Source of the DNA: Camelus dromedarius
Taxonomy: Eukaryota
Reading direction: 5' to 3'
Length of the DNA stretch: 64,000 bases
NCBI RefSeq assembly: GCF_036321535.1
Contig: NC_087436.1
Location: 38,938,001-39,002,000, forward strand
How positions within the stretch are numbered: the first letter of the stretch is position 1; every line of letters begins with the position of its first letter. Below are positions 1 through 36,535 of this stretch, one piece after another. Below the pieces are notes generated by a model. That model had not been told where the DNA came from. It made no database searches and worked only from the letters and a program-made list of their open reading frames with translations. A program made the translations under genes and the position numbers.

Positions 1-59
1 TTCCTCTAATGCCACTCTTACTGTGTCACTAATGACTTACTAACTCCTAATTCAAACTG

Positions 60-1000
60 GCACTTTTTATTCCTTATTCGGCTTAATCTGTGACCACTTT
101 TCTTCTTGAAACTCCCCATTTTCCTGTAATAACTCCCTCTCCTGTATTTTCTCATACCTTCTAGATAACTCTTCATTCTTTTCTTTAGTTGCTCCTTCTC
201 TCTATCCTTAGCTCATCCCTTTTACTTAGCAAAAGTCATGTTCCTTCGTCTATTTTTTGCCCCCAAATCTCCCATTTTCTTGAGTGATATTGTCCATGTC
301 TATGGCATTCAATTTTCACATTTGTTGATGGCTACCAAAACATAATCTTTCCTGCTTTCCAGACATATATTCCTAACTGCCTAATAAATCTATTTACCTA
401 GATGACAAACCTCAAAATAAATTTGGCATCCTCTCTCACTCCCAAAATTTATTCCTTCTTCCTATATTCCTCCATTAGGTGAATGGTGAATCTACTTACA
501 TAAGGCCCAAATACAGCCACCCCCAACTTTTCCTTTTCCCCTATTCTGTATGTCTGTCAAAAAAGCTGATTCCACTGTCCTCTTATTCTTACAATCTTTC
601 AAATCTTCTTTCTTCACACTGATACTGCCTTAGTTTACACTCTCATCTTTTCCCTAGGCTATTAAAGTAGTCATCCAACTAATTTCTCTCCCACCACTCC
701 AAATGCACCCTCTGCACTGCCACCAAAGAGTCCTTTCTAAAATGCAAACTGGAGTATGCTACTCTCCTCGTCCTGTGGTGCCTTTCCACTTACTGTAGGA
801 TTTAAAAATAGCAAAGAAGTTTCATCATGATTTGGCTTCTATCTATCCTCCATCCATCATTTCGCAATTTCCATCTATGCATTCCAGCCCTGCATAAACC
901 AAACTACGTATTCGTCCAATATGTAATATTTTTTCCTGACCAAGTGCTTTTGAACATGTCATTTCTTCTGTCTTGAATGTAATTTAAGGCATTTGAAATT
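60..1000 (+). mobile_element. Degenerate L2 LINE 3' region
   Basis: Pyrimidine-rich sequence with the L2-like motif ccaaagagtcctttctaaaatgcaaactggagtatgctactctc. Confidence 0.55.
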
Positions 1001-1254
1001 CTCCCCATTAGAGAGCCATTTTTAAAAGAGGAGCTAAAATAATCTAAATGGCATTGTGGAATTTCAACAATGTTCCCAAGTAATAGCTTTAGCAGTGTAG
1101 GTATGTTTTTTTTTGTAGCAGAACCCATAATGAGACAGGCTGTATAATCTCTCTATCAATGAGAAACTATTAGTGAGATAATTACAATGGCATTATTATA
1201 AAGTTCTCTACCATCATATAAATTTGTATAATATTGAAAACTTATTGAAATGCC

Positions 1255-1665
1255 AAAATAGGAAAATAAACAAAATATGTTATATCATATAATGTAATAT
1301 CACTCAGCCTTAAAAAGGAATGAAATTCTAACACACACTACAACATGGATGAACTCTGAAGACATTGTGCTACATGAAATAAACCAGTTGCAAAAAAGAC
1401 AAGACTGAATGATTCTACCAGTATGAGGTACCTAGAGGAGTCAAATTCACAGAGACAGAGAGTAGAATGGTGCTTGCTAGGGGATGTGGGGAGGAGGAAA
1501 TGGGGAGTTCACAGGCAGTTTCAATTTGAGAAGATGAAAGACTTATGGAGACAGATGGTAGTAATGGTGGCAAAACAATGTGAATGTACTTAATACCATT
1601 CAACTGTCACTTAAAAACGGTTACAATAACAAAGTTCGTTATGCGTATTTTACAAGAAAAAAAAT
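1255..1665 (+). mobile_element. L1M (L1MB-like) 3' end
   Basis: cactcagccttaaaaaggaatgaaattct...acaacatggatgaac...gtgaatgtacttaatacc, ending in an A-tract. Confidence 0.8.
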
Positions 1666-2479
1666 TATTTTTAAGTGGGCTACATACACAGTCTTTCATA
1701 TTAAGTGGGGAAAGCCACTACAAAGCTCTTATAGCAATGCACTCCTGACCATCACAATCTCTATGACCTTGTGCTTTTATTAATATCAGGAAGCAAGCAT
1801 CATTTTGTAAAGAGCACTGAACTTGCAGTTATTGTTCAAATTCACCGACTTCTGCTGTTGATTTCTGGCCAGCCCTTTACTGTTTCCTGTGATACTTGGT
1901 GTTACCAGACTTTTATCAGATTTTTAAAACAGGCGAGACATTTTATATGGGAAAGGAAGGTTATTTCCTTAATATAAGTGTTTCCTTCTGATATTATACC
2001 ATTTGATGAAAACAAAATAAACATTTAATCATATTCAGTGTCTGCAACCTGAAAAATAATCTGCACAAAAGCCTTAAAGATGATAAAGACTAAAAACAAA
2101 CTTTAAAGTGTGTTCTTCCTGGCTATTTTTTATTGTGGAAAAACTGTGTCCCTTCTAATCCTCTGAATTCTAAAATATGAAAACAATGCCTTTGATTGCA
2201 ATCTCAATAATCTCCTTGGTCATCATTCTCCTTGATCCCTGTCCCCCAAATCCTTCAGGTATATCTCCTTTCAGTAACAATCCCAAATCCTGAATACATT
2301 CAAACATCTAGTTTTCTTTGTTTCTGGGCTGCTGTGTGTTGCTAACCAATCACCTATAATAATGCCACACCATTACATATTTATTCTTTCCAAACTGAAC
2401 TTTTCCAGGAGGCTGTTTATCAGTTTTTCTATCTGTCCTTAACTCCTGTGCTAGACATGTAAATTGCACTTGTCTACAC

Positions 2480-2822
2480 TGTTTGAAATCAGGCCTGGCT
2501 GTAAGACTTGCCTTGGCCAATGAGATGTGAATGGAAGCACATGTGTCACTTCTGGACTGAAAGTTTAAGAGCTTACACACGACTCTCCATGCTGTGTCCC
2601 TCTTCAAGCCCCTCCTCCCCCAGTACCGCAATGATCAGAGCAGTATTTGTGGAGATAGAGTCCCATTAGCCTGGGGCCTTGAATGATTACTAGGAAGAGA
2701 CTTCATGCTGACCTCCACTGGACACGTATTGTGAGCAAGAAACAAACTTGTGTTAAGACACTGAGATTTTGAAGTTGTTACCACTGCACAGCCCAGAACC
2801 TAGCCTATCCTGACCGACACAA
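2480..2822 (+). mobile_element. MaLR LTR (MLT1I/J-like)
   Basis: ttggccaatgagatgtga...gtgtcacttc...ctgagattttgaagttgttacc...cctagcctatcctgac. Confidence 0.65.
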
Positions 2823-2994
2823 TTCCCCCTATTCCTGGTCCCTGAAGTAGCAATTCCCATCCTTTTAAAGACTTCAACCATCCTCATTGTTCATAAACTC
2901 ATCAGTAACAGGACAATCCTTACCTTCTTTACTCTTAATACCACAATTTATACTTTACTGCTACTATTATAATCTACTTAAATAAAATTTTTAC

Positions 2995-25340
<22,346 letters not shown>

Positions 25341-25959
25341 CTACAAGAAAGAAAAGAAATGTTTAAATAAAAGTAATGGCTAATCAAGAAAATTCCTGCT
25401 TTACTATCTGAACACAAATATTGAATACATAATTAAAATATTGTATATATAATCATAAAGGGATTAGAACCAATAATGTTCTAAAATATGAAAACAAAAA
25501 CATAGTTCATCCTTAAAATTTTTTAAATATCTCAATGTAACATCAATCACTACCTACCTCAAGATTTCAGTGGTCATATGATGGTTTCATAAGGGAATTA
25601 TTCTACAGAAAACTAGAAATAAATTAGATCTCAGGTAGTATTTTGAATAATACTAACTTTGCTGTCAATAGTATAATACTCTATTTATTAAAACAAATGC
25701 ATATACAGAGACTATATTGTTACCCTACACAGAATCATGTCATTTCTCCAAGAAAGTCAGCCCATTTTATATAAATTTACATGCATTAAAACTCAGAAGA
25801 AATCTTACATTGATAAATGTATCTTAGTGAGTTAAAGTAAATTTCCACATTATTCATGAATACATGCTCCTGGCTAAAAGACTAAATGTCCAACTTCTTA
25901 ACTAAAAATAATCAAGTATTACTAACAAAGTTTAGCTTAATCAATTGAATTTGCTTCCT

Positions 25960-26400
25960 GCATTCATTCATTCAACATTTATTGAGCCACGTACTGTGCA
26001 GGCACTAGAACTGACATTTTAATGAGGAAAGACAGACAATAATAAAATGAATAATATATTGTATCCTATACCAGAAGAGTTATGCGCTGAGTGCTAACAG
26101 AAAAACAATGCAAGGAAAGGGGATAAGAAGTGTATATAATGGGAGACGGTTTCCCCTTTTAAATAGGATGGTCACGGAAAGTCTAATTGAGAAGGTTACC
26201 TTTGCACAAAGATTTGAAGGGAAGTGAAGATGCGACCTAGTGAAGTAAACAGCAAATTGGAAGGGTAGTAAGAAGTTCAGTGTGGCAGGAGAAATGTGAA
26301 CTAAGAGGGTAACAGATGAAAAGGGAGGATGGGAAAGCAAGAGAGATCATGCAGGATCTTAAAAGCCCTATATAAGGAGTTTGGCTTTAAATTTAAACTC
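25960..26400 (-). mobile_element. L2 fragment
   Basis: cattcattcattcaacatttattgagc is the canonical reversed L2 3' terminus. Confidence 0.7.
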
Positions 26401-27019
26401 TGGGTTTAAAGTCATTGAGTTTAATTTTCACAGCATAAAAAAAAAAGAGAGACAGAATGGCACAAGTCAGTTCAAAGACAGCAAAGCAATGAGGAATAAA
26501 GAAGAAAAGCATTAGTCTCTACAGAATTAAAGTCAGAAGCCTTTTGTTTCCAGCCATACATATTAGCTTGTCGCTAATAAGCTGTTTGGTATATAAATTC
26601 TTGTCACCTCTGATTCACAGCTTCATCTATAAAATGGGGACAACAATAACAGCCCTGTTTAACAGAGGTTAAATGTGTCAAGAATTATAAAACTCCGCAT
26701 TATGTTAGTTGTTCACTTCTTTTTATTTTAACTCTATGGATTGTAACTTCCTCTAAAATGTTCTACATGATCCTAAAAACTTTCACACAAATTTTTAATA
26801 AATGTAGGTAAGATTTTACAACATTAAGGGAGCTCTGTATTGGCAGTAAATTTGTGTTTTTAGTGGAAGAATCCTTTAAAATGATATTCTTTCAACAATT
26901 ATTTAACTAAGTACCAGGTCTGTATCATGAATTCTGCCAACATATATGAAACAATCTCTACCTTAATGAATTTAGTTCTGTGAAGGGCACAGGCACAAAT
27001 AAATAATTTTAAAATATTG

Positions 27020-29285
27020 TGGCTTCTGTTCCTGCACAAGATGTCAAACTAGTATGTGTTTCTGATTCTCTTCCTTCAAGCCAACTCTGGAGATTATACA
27101 AAAGCAACAGGTAGTCAAAAGGGGAAATACTAAGGATACCAAAAGTAACTGGCTTCTAGAGTGGGGGAGAAACAGCAGCCAAAAGAGAGAGAGGGCCAAG
27201 TGTCACAGACTGGGAGAGATCTTTCTAGTCATGACCTTTTCCATTCCTCACATTGCTCTGGGCAGAGAATTCCCATCCCACACAATGCAGTGAAACAGGA
27301 AAGCTCTGCTACCACCCCGGTGCCATCTGGAGGGTAAGGGAGATCATAACATCAGGAAAGCACCAGAGCACAGCCAGTTTGGAAAGTGGTAAAAAGTACA
27401 GATGGCCTGCAAGGCTCCTGCATGTTCTATCCTCACCCTCCTCCACAAATAGAACAGAGGACAGAAGGACCTGGAGAAGATCACACCTCTAGGCAGGGCC
27501 AACAAGTAGTTCTTGTTGGAACCAACTCTCGAGCCACATTACCCCAAATCAAGCCCTTACATCCCCACCTCTGCTCCCTGAAATCACCTGAAGAAACAAA
27601 TTGCATTCATTCTTTTCTTCATGTAAATATTACTAGCTTATAACTTTTTACTCCCAGGAAAAAGAAAACCAGACGCTTGCAGAGTGAACACTATGAGAGA
27701 AAGGCAGCAAAGCAAACAATCTACACCACAGGAAACAGAATGATCAGATCAAAGGGAACACAATTTAAAATAAACTTAATAAATACACTCCAATTGAATA
27801 TGAGTTTATTTTTGAAACTACTGAAATAAAAAACTCAAAGGATGCAATAACTAGCAAAATAAATAGAAGGGAATATTATACTAATAAGAAATAATTTCAG
27901 GTCAAGAAATTCTCCTAAAAATAGTGGAAAAAAAAAAAGAAGTGAAAATTATAAATATATTCAAAAAGCTAAGACACATGGATCAAATCTAAAAGCATCA
28001 ATATCTATCTACAAGGGTTCCCACAAAGAAAGGGAAAAAGTAAACTGATTAAATATTTTTAGAAAAATTAAGAGTTTTCCAGAATTAAAGACTGAAAAAC
28101 CCAGAGACAAAGAGAATAGAAAACTCAAAAATCCAAAGATGACATGGGGAAGGAAGGAAGTAGGCTGAAAACTGTAAAACCTTAAAAGAGACACGGGGAG
28201 AGAGACTACTTTTCAAGCCCATTAACAGGCAAACAACAGAAAGAAAAAATAAATCCAAAACTAAATTTTTGTAAAAGCTAAAAAACAAAATCTTCATAAG
28301 CCTGATTAAAGAAAAAATAAAAAGAAAGGTAAACACCAATAGGATTGATAACAAAGAAATGACCACATATATATAAACAACCAAAAGAATACTACTTAAA
28401 TCTCATAATAATTTTGAAAATCTAAAGGAACAGATAATTTCATAGCAAAATTACCAATTCACCAAAAATACAAATTACCAAAATTAACCCAAGAGAAATA
28501 GAACATTTTTTTAAAATACTAGAAGAAAATAGAAAAGAAACAAAAGTTCTCCCACTGAAAATGGCATCTATAGATCAGATGGAATCAAAGTTTAATTTTA
28601 TTTCAGCTTTAAAGAACTGTTAGTTGTAGTGCTAAAATATTGCAGGCCACAGGAAAAATAAGTACCCCAAATCATGTTATAAAGCTAACAAAACCTTAAT
28701 ATCAAAACATGATAAACCTCAGACCAATGTGACATGCGATTGATTAAAGGCGCAAAACTTGTAAACAGAACAAACATAATTCATCACTGTGTCAAAAAAT
28801 AATTTACCATTAAAAAATAATAATCAAGTAAGCTTTATTATAGGAAAGCAAATGTGATTCTACATTTATTCTTTCAATAAATACTTAGGAAGCTGTGCAA
28901 AAAAGAGCTGATGGAGCATATTCATAAAAGCTGAAAGATGGAAAAACAACCCAAGTGTTCAACTAAAGAATGGATAGATAAGATACAGCATGTATGTATC
29001 TATATATGTGTCTGTTTACACACAAATACACAATGGAATATTATTCAGCCATAAAAAGAAATGAACAATTATACATGCTACAACATGAACACTGAAAACA
29101 TTTTGATAAGTGAAATAAGTCCATCACAAAAGAGCACACATAGGATTTCATTCATACAAAATGTCCAAAACAGACAACTCCAGAGACAAACAGATCAGTG
29201 GTTGCTTGGACTGGAGAAGGGGATGCCTACAGAGAATGAGTGGGGGTGGAGGGAGAAAGTGATAGCAGAAGGGTACTCAGATTCT
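27020..29285 (+). mobile_element. Highly decayed old L1 mosaic (ORF1/ORF2 remnants and an L1M 3' end)
   Basis: A-rich; aattaccaaaattaacccaagagaaatag and caatggaatattattcagccataaaaagaaatgaac L1 motifs. Confidence 0.6.
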
Positions 29286-29585
29286 TTTTTTCCCCCACTT
29301 TTACTGAGATACAATTGACACACAGCACTGTGTGAGTTTAAAGTGTACAGCGTAACGATTTGACTTACATACATTATGAAGTGATCACCAAAATAAGCTT
29401 AGTGAACATCCATCATCTCATACAGATACAAAATAAAAGAAGGAAAAAAATTTCCATGTGGTGAGAATTCTTAGGATTTACTCTAATAACTTTCATATAT
29501 AAATATACAGTAGTGTTAAATGTATTTATCACGTTGTACAATACATTCCTAGTTCTTATTTGTCATACAATAGGAGTTCGTAACC
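29286..29585 (-). mobile_element. L1MA-type 3' end
   Basis: ttactgagatacaattgaca...tttaaagtgtacagcgtaacgatttgacttaca...gtgagaattcttaggatttactc. Confidence 0.7.
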
Positions 29586-31127
29586 TTTTTTAAGTTTAGT
29601 TGATTTACATTTTTGTCTCAGCTTCTGGTGTACAGCACAATGATTCAGTTATACATACATACATATATTCTTTTTCATATTCTTTTTTATTATAGGTTAT
29701 TATAAAATACTGAATATAGTTCCCTGTGCTAAACAGTAGGACCTTGTTGTTTCTATTTTATATATAGTAGTTTGTGTATCTGCTAATCCCCAAACTCCTA
29801 ATTTATGCCTTCCCAATCCTCTTTTCCCTTTGGTAACCATAAAATTGTTTTCTATGTCTGCAAGTCTGTTTCCATTTTGTAAATAAGTTCATTTGTATCA
29901 TTTTTTAGATTCCACATATAAGTGATACCATATGGTATTTTTATTTCTCTTTCTCGCTTACTTTACCTAGTATGACAATCTCCAGATCACTCCATGTTGC
30001 TGCAAATGGCAGGGTCCATGGTGTCCCAAAGCTGTTAGTGTTGCTAGATCCTGGGGCAGCTGGCTGAGGGGTCCAAAGTGTCTCCAGTCTGGTGACCTGC
30101 TGGTAGGTGGGGCCATGGCCCAGGAGATCCTAGACTAGTGCAAACTCACTAGTGGAAAGATTTGAGTTCCTAGGTCTCTGGCTGCAGGGCCCTGAGGATC
30201 CTGGAATTGGTGCTGGCATGCTGGTGGGTGGGACTGAGACCCAGAGGGTCCCAGGGTTAGTGCTGGCCCACTGGTGGGAGGAGCCAGGTCCTAAAGTCTC
30301 TGGCTGCAAGGTCCTGGGGCTAATGCCAGTGCACTGGTGTATGGGGCCAGGTCCTGCAGTGGCTGTGGGTTCATGGGCTCTTGGGGCAGCAGTCCTCCTG
30401 GTGGGTGGGGCTGAGTCTCAGCTCAGCTAGTTGCCTGGCCTGAGGCATCCCAGTTCTTGTGCTGACAAATTGGTGTGACTGGCTGAGTCCTGGCACTAAT
30501 AAGGTAGAAAGAAGAGTCCAAAACGGTGCTTGCCAGCACCAGTGTCCATGTCGTAAAGTGAGCTCCCAAATATGGGTGGCACCAGTGTCTATATACCCAG
30601 GGCGAGCCCCAGCTGCTTTCTGCCTTTTCAGGAGGATCTCCAAGATCAGCAGGTCAGTCTGACCCAGGCTCCTTTTAAATTACTGCTTCTGCCCTGGGTC
30701 CCAGAGCATGTGAGATTTTGTCTATGCCTTTAAGGAGTGGAGGGAGTCTCTATTTCCCAGAGCCCTCTGGCTATCCAGAAAGTAAGCCCCATTGACCTTC
30801 AAAGTCAAATGTTCTGGGGAGCTCATCATCCCATTGCTGGACCCGCAGGCTGGGGAGCTGGATGTGGGGCTTGAATCATTCATGCCTTGGGGAGAACCTC
30901 TGCAACTATAACTATCCTCCTGTCTGTGGGTGTCCCACCTGCAGGTACTATACCATGTCTCTGTCCTCCTATATGTCCTATATTGTACATATCTTCAGTT
31001 GTAGAAGGTCTTTTCTGCTGCTATTCTGGTTTTTCTCACCAATAGTTTCTCTAATTAGTTGTAATTTTGGTGTGCCTGTGGGAGGTGAGCTCACTATCTT
31101 CCTACTCTGCCATTTGGCCACTGCCCC
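29586..31127 (-). mobile_element. Internally deleted L1: GC-rich 5'-UTR (31127-30012) joined to 3' tail (30011-29586)
   Basis: Minus-strand start GGGGCAGTGGCCAAATGGCAGAGTAGGAAGA is typical of L1 5' ends; the 3' part is homologous to the L1 tail at 33990-34425. Confidence 0.7.
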
Positions 31128-32300
31128 AGTACCATACTGTTGTGATTACTACATCTTTTTAATGTAGTTTGAAATCAGGATGTGTGATGCCTCCAGCTTT
31201 GTTCTTTCTTAGGATAGCTTTGGGTCTTTTGTGGCTCCATACAAATTTTAGAATTGCTTTTTATCTTTCTGTGAAAAATGTCATGGGAACTTTTATAGGA
31301 ATTGTATTGAATTTATATTTGGCTTTTGGTAGTATAAACACTTTAATTATATTAATTCTGCCAATCCATGAACATCGGGTATATTTTCATGTATTTGTGT
31401 ATCTTTAATATCTTTCAATATCTTATAGTTTTCAGTGGACAGATCTTTCACCTCCTTTTTTAAATTTATTCTTCTTCTATTGTTTTTGATGCTAGTGTAA
31501 ATGAAACTGCTGTGGTTCTTTTTCAGATATTTCAGTGTTAGTGTATAAAAATGCAACTGATTTCTGTATATTGATTTTTGTATCCTGCATCAGTATCCTT
31601 TACTGAATTTATTTATTCATCTAAAAGGTTTTTTTTTTTTTTTTTGGTGGTTTTTAGAACTTTCTATATATAAGATTATGTCATCTGCAAACAGAGAAAC
31701 TTTACCTCTTCCTTTCCAATGTAGCGCCTTTTCTTTCTTTTTCTTGCCTAATCGCCCTGTCTATGACTTCCAGTAAAATGCTGAATAGGTGTGGAGAGAG
31801 TGGTCACCCATGTCTTAATCCTGTTCTTAGAGGAAAAGCTTTGGATCTTTTATAGTTGAGTATAATGTTAGCTGTGGGTTTGTAAATATGGCCTTTATTA
31901 TGTTGAGGTATGTTTCCTCTATAACCACTCTGTTGAGAATTTTTATGTTGAAAGTTGAATTTTGTTAAATGCCTGTTCTGAATCTATTGAGATACTCTTA
32001 TGACTTTTAACTTTCCTTCTATTAATGTGGTATATCACATGTGTTTATTTGCAAATGTTGAATCATCTTTCCATCCCAGGGATAAATCCCACTTGATCAT
32101 AGTGTATGATCCTTTTAATGTGCTAATGAATTTGCTAAGAACTTTTGCACCTATATTCACCAGCAATATTGGCCTATTGTTTTCTTTTCTTACAATGATC
32201 TTATTTACCTTTGGAATCACTGTAAAGCTGGACTTGCAAAATGAGTTTGAAAGTGTTTCCTCTTCATTTGATTGAAAGAGTTTGAGAAGGATTGACAATC
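31128..32300 (-). mobile_element. L1 ORF2 (reverse transcriptase) decayed fragment
   Basis: ORF-track peptides ILLKLFQSNEEETLSNSF...KENNRPILLVNIGAKVL and INLKKEVKDLSTENYK resemble L1 ORF2p; frameshifted. Confidence 0.9.
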
Positions 32301-32716
32301 TTATCTCATGCAACTATTTCAAGCTTATGATTTAAAATTTTTTATTTTAACTTGAAAATGTGCCAAGAGTTTGAGGAAAAAGATAGAAAATTACTGCTGT
32401 TTCCTTATGAATCAGTGCTTTACCAGTAATAACTTGACTCAAAAGGCAAGATTCCAGGGCTTCTTTCCTTTACTACCCTAGATACTAACTCCATTTTCTT
32501 CCTCCAAAGTTTAAGCCCAGTACCTTAAATAATTAGGAAATCTATAGCACACTATTTAAAGTCTTCAGCTGCTGTAAATTTTTTCTTCTATTTTTAAAAT
32601 GGAGAGGACTAGGCTACATGGAATTTATTCAAGTTCTAACAACCAATGATTTTATTAGGCTACTAGAATAGTCTAGGTAAATGGTAATGATACCTTAAAT
32701 TGGACTCATTAAAGCT

Positions 32717-33158
32717 ATTATGGTGGAATTGTGTTCCCCTCTCAAAAGATACTCTGAAGTCCTAGCCTCTAATCCCTGTGAACATAACTTCATTTGGAAA
32801 TAGGGTTTTTGCAGATGTAACTGGATTATGATGAGATCATCAGGATGGGGGCCTAATCCAGTAAGACTAGCAGAAGTCATCAGAGTAAGAAACAGACACA
32901 GAGAGAACACCACGTGCTGATGACAGGCAGAGGTTAGAATGATAAAGCTGTAAGTCAAGGACACTAAGAATTGACAGCCACCACCAGAAGCTGGAAAGTA
33001 GCAAGGAAGGATTATACACCGAGCCCTCAGAAGAAACCAATCCTGCAAACACCTTGATTTTGGACTTCTAACCTCCAGAACTGTGAGAGAATAAATTTCT
33101 ATTACTTCAAGCCACCCAGCTTGTCACTTTGTGACAGCAGCCCTAGGAAACTAATACA
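32717..33158 (+). mobile_element. MaLR LTR (MLT1B/C-like)
   Basis: atttggaaatagggtttttgcagatgtaa...ccagaactgtgagagaataaatttc...gcagccctaggaaactaataca. Confidence 0.85.
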
Positions 33159-33989
33159 ATAGCTGACAAAGCCAGGAGACTCCTTTATTTGTTCTTTTAA
33201 GTTTATTGGGTTTTCTTGATCATAAAATAGTATTTGTTTTTTATATAAATTTCTACGATACCATATAAATATAACATAAAGAAAATTAGAAATATCTATA
33301 TCCCACAGTAGTAGAGAATCATTGTTAATAAAGCTAATGAAATATACTCTTAATAGTATCTTTGTCTAGCCATCAAACTATAAAGTGAAATTTCACTTTA
33401 ACATCTTTTCACTGACAAACAATATAGCTACTCAAGGACACACAGATTGTTCAATGATATATTACAACTGCTCATCTTACTAGTAAATATTATTTAAGCA
33501 TTTATATTAGACAACTAGATAGCAAGCTTAACAGGTACATAGTAAGCTGAAGCAATAAAAAAATTCATCCATTATACAGCTCTCATTTTTGTAAAGTTCA
33601 AGGATTATATTAAGAAAGATAATTGAAGAATGAGATGTCCTTTGATATAGAAAACCACTGTCACTCTACAAATGGAGGAACTAGAGAAGACTATATTAGA
33701 AAATTTACAAAACAAACACAGAAAATAAAATTAAAGTAACAAGGACAAACTAAACCACCACCAAACCCAGCAAATTCTAAGTTGTTTTCAGCATTTTGTA
33801 CTTTTTTGCTCAATTTCTTTGTGTCCAATGAAAAACTGTGCTTCATTTCTTGTGAATTTTACTAATCACTAGTTTCCACTGGTGACTAGAGAAAGACAAG
33901 AGCACACGTATACCCAGAATACAGAGTATGACATTAAAGGCTATGGCTTACGTTTTAAGACATGATCTTCAGAAGAAAATTATGCCAAA

Positions 33990-34425
33990 AAAAAGAATAA
34001 AATAATGCCATTTTCAGCAACATGAGTGGACCTGGAGATTGTCTTCCTAAGTGAAGTAAGCCAGACAGAGAAAGAAAAATAGCATATAATATCACTTACA
34101 TGTGGAGTCTTAAAAAAAAGACACAAATTAACTTTTTCACAAAACAAGCAGATTCACAGACATAGAAAACAAACTTATGGTTACCAGGGGGAGGAGGTGA
34201 GAAAGGATATATTGGGAGTTTGAGATTTGTAGATAACTAACTACTATATATAAAATAGGTAAACAACAAGTTTATACTGTTTATCTCACGAACTATATTC
34301 AATATCTTATAGTAACCTATAATGGAAAAGAATATGAAAACAAATATATGTATATGACTGAAACATTATGCTGTACACCAAAAATTGCCACAACATTGTA
34401 AACTGACTATACTTCAATTTAAAAA
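33990..34425 (+). mobile_element. Young 5'-truncated L1 3' end with 17-bp TSD
   Basis: aataatgccattttcagcaaca...gactatacttcaatttaaaaaaa, flanked by aagaaaattatgccaaa at 33973-33989 and 34426-34442. Confidence 0.9.
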
Positions 34426-34854
34426 AAGAAAATTATGCCAAAGCAGGCATAACCTAACATTTCTTTGCCTTGACAAACTTAACTCTAGCTCTACCTATAT
34501 CTCTTTCCCATCTTAGCTGACAGTAAGTTCATTATTCCAATTGCTCAGAACAAATATCTTGGTATCATCTTTGACATCTTTTTTTTTTTTTTGCTTATCT
34601 CGGTCAGAATGTGGGCAATTCTCATCACCACCACTTCTACTATTCTAGTCTTAACCATCATCAAATCTTGCCTGGATTGCTAGAATAGCCTCCCAGCTGT
34701 CTCGTAGCTTCTACCCTGACCCCTTACCTAAGATTAGAAAAAGAGATCCTTCTGAAATTAAATCACAGTGTCATCCCTCTGCTCAAAATCTTGCAGTAGG
34801 TCCTTACCCAAAACCCAAAAAGTCTTTATAATGGCCTATAAAGCTCATACTACA

Positions 34855-35640
34855 TGTTAAAAGTAAACAATACTTCTATTTTCTCACACCACTTCTGAGA
34901 CCAGATGCGTGGGTTTTTCCACAACAAGCAGCAATACTCCAATTCTCAGCAGACACCACAATTTAACTCAATTTGATCTACCTGGAGTTATTGTCAAGAT
35001 TCCACAAGCCAAGGGCTCAGTTCAACTAGACTGACCCCCTACTTCAGACACCAACCACAGGTCCCAAGTTGTCACCTGCACTTCTGATCCACTGCCAATA
35101 AATTAGCGGTTCCCACAACCCCTTCCACGGATTTAATTAACTTGCTAGCACCACTCTGGAAAACAGCTTACTTGAGTTAAGTTTATTATAAAAGGATACA
35201 ACAACTCAGAAACAGCCAGAAGGAACAGCTGCATATGGCAAAGTATATGGAAAGGAGCATGGAGCTTCCATGCCTTCTCAAGAAACACCACATCTCCAGC
35301 ACCTCAAGCTCACCTACCCAAAAGCTCTCTAACTCCCTCAGTTAGGATTTTTTATGGAGGCTTCATTACATAGGCATGCTTGATTAAATATTTGACCATT
35401 AGTGAGTAGCTCAATCTCCACCACTCTCCCCTCCCTTCAGGGAGGGCAGGTGGAGCAGAAAGTTCCGATCCTCTAATCACATAGTTAGTTCCCTGGCAAA
35501 CAGCCCCCATCCTGAGGCTAGCTCCAGCCTCCAGTCATCTCCTTAGCACACACACAAAAAAAACACTTTGGAGATTATGAGAGTTTTAGGAGTTGTGTGC
35601 CAGGAAACACTAGAGACCAAATATATGTCTCTTATTATGT
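34855..35640. mobile_element. MER21-like ERV LTR nested in an L2 remnant (about 34500-36095)
   Basis: ccacttctgagaccagatgcgtgggtttttcc...agggctcagt...tttttatggaggcttcattacataggcatg; L2 motifs on both sides. Confidence 0.7.
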
Positions 35641-36535
35641 AACGCCTGCCCATCCTCTCCCCTCTAACTTCATCTCTAACTACTTTCCATTTATTTTCTC
35701 CATTTCAGCTACCTGGGCCTTGTTATTCCTGAACAAACCGTGCAAACCCCTGCTCTAAAAGCTTCACACTCTCTCTTCCTCTGCCTGGAATACACTCCTC
35801 TTGATACCCACTTGGGTTCTCCCCGGTTCACTTCATGACTGCCTTGCTCGAAAATCACCTCCTACATGAGGCCTATATTTATTTAAAATTGCAACCCACT
35901 CCACATGCCCAGTTCCCCTTGCCCTGCTCTACTTTTTCTTTTCTTCATGGTATTCTTCACCAACAAATATGCAATCTAATTGACTTATTATGTTTATTAT
36001 GTCTCCTCCCAATCCTCTTAGAATGCAAAGTGAATCCTGAGCATCTAAAACAAGGCACAGTACATGGTACCTAGTCATTAAATAATTATTGAATGAAGCT
36101 CAGGAAATAAAGTGAAACCTCAACCAACAAACCCTCTGAAATCAGTGTTCCTAACAAAGATGACCTAGGCACTAAGGGTACAGGACAATTCCCCACCACC
36201 CAACAGCTAGGTTAGTATCAGTACTATACCAACAGGGAGGTAAAATTATCTTAGGCCCATATAGCAGGACCTTATAAGAGGAAAAGTCTTCTAGGGTTCA
36301 AACAGCCTGCTGACCTAAAAACAGGGAGGACCATCATTATCGGGGCAAGAGTTTATTATGCACACTGAGAAATTTAGAGAATCCAAAGCATGAAGTTACC
36401 TGGCAAACAAAGAATGCTCTGATGGGCTCTTTAACAAGGATGAAATCCATGTTCTGATATAGACTTCATGATTCCCAATTCTAACTTTGTGAAAAGTTTC
36501 CACCAATACAGCACATACTCAATTACTCAATCATT

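Noticed and set aside
1..2994. Next USP53 coding exon
   Set aside because: I found no segment matching the expected downstream peptide. The region is mostly L2, L1 and MLT repeats, so the remaining exons probably lie outside the window.
25558..25680. Additional USP53 5'-UTR exon (donor GAG|GTAGGT at 25557)
   Set aside because: The donor is reasonable, but I found no convincing polypyrimidine acceptor; it cannot be supported without transcripts.
30152..32313. Cluster of 67-101-aa ORFs
   Set aside because: They are fragments of L1 5'-UTR and frameshifted ORF2; no intact retrotransposon protein.
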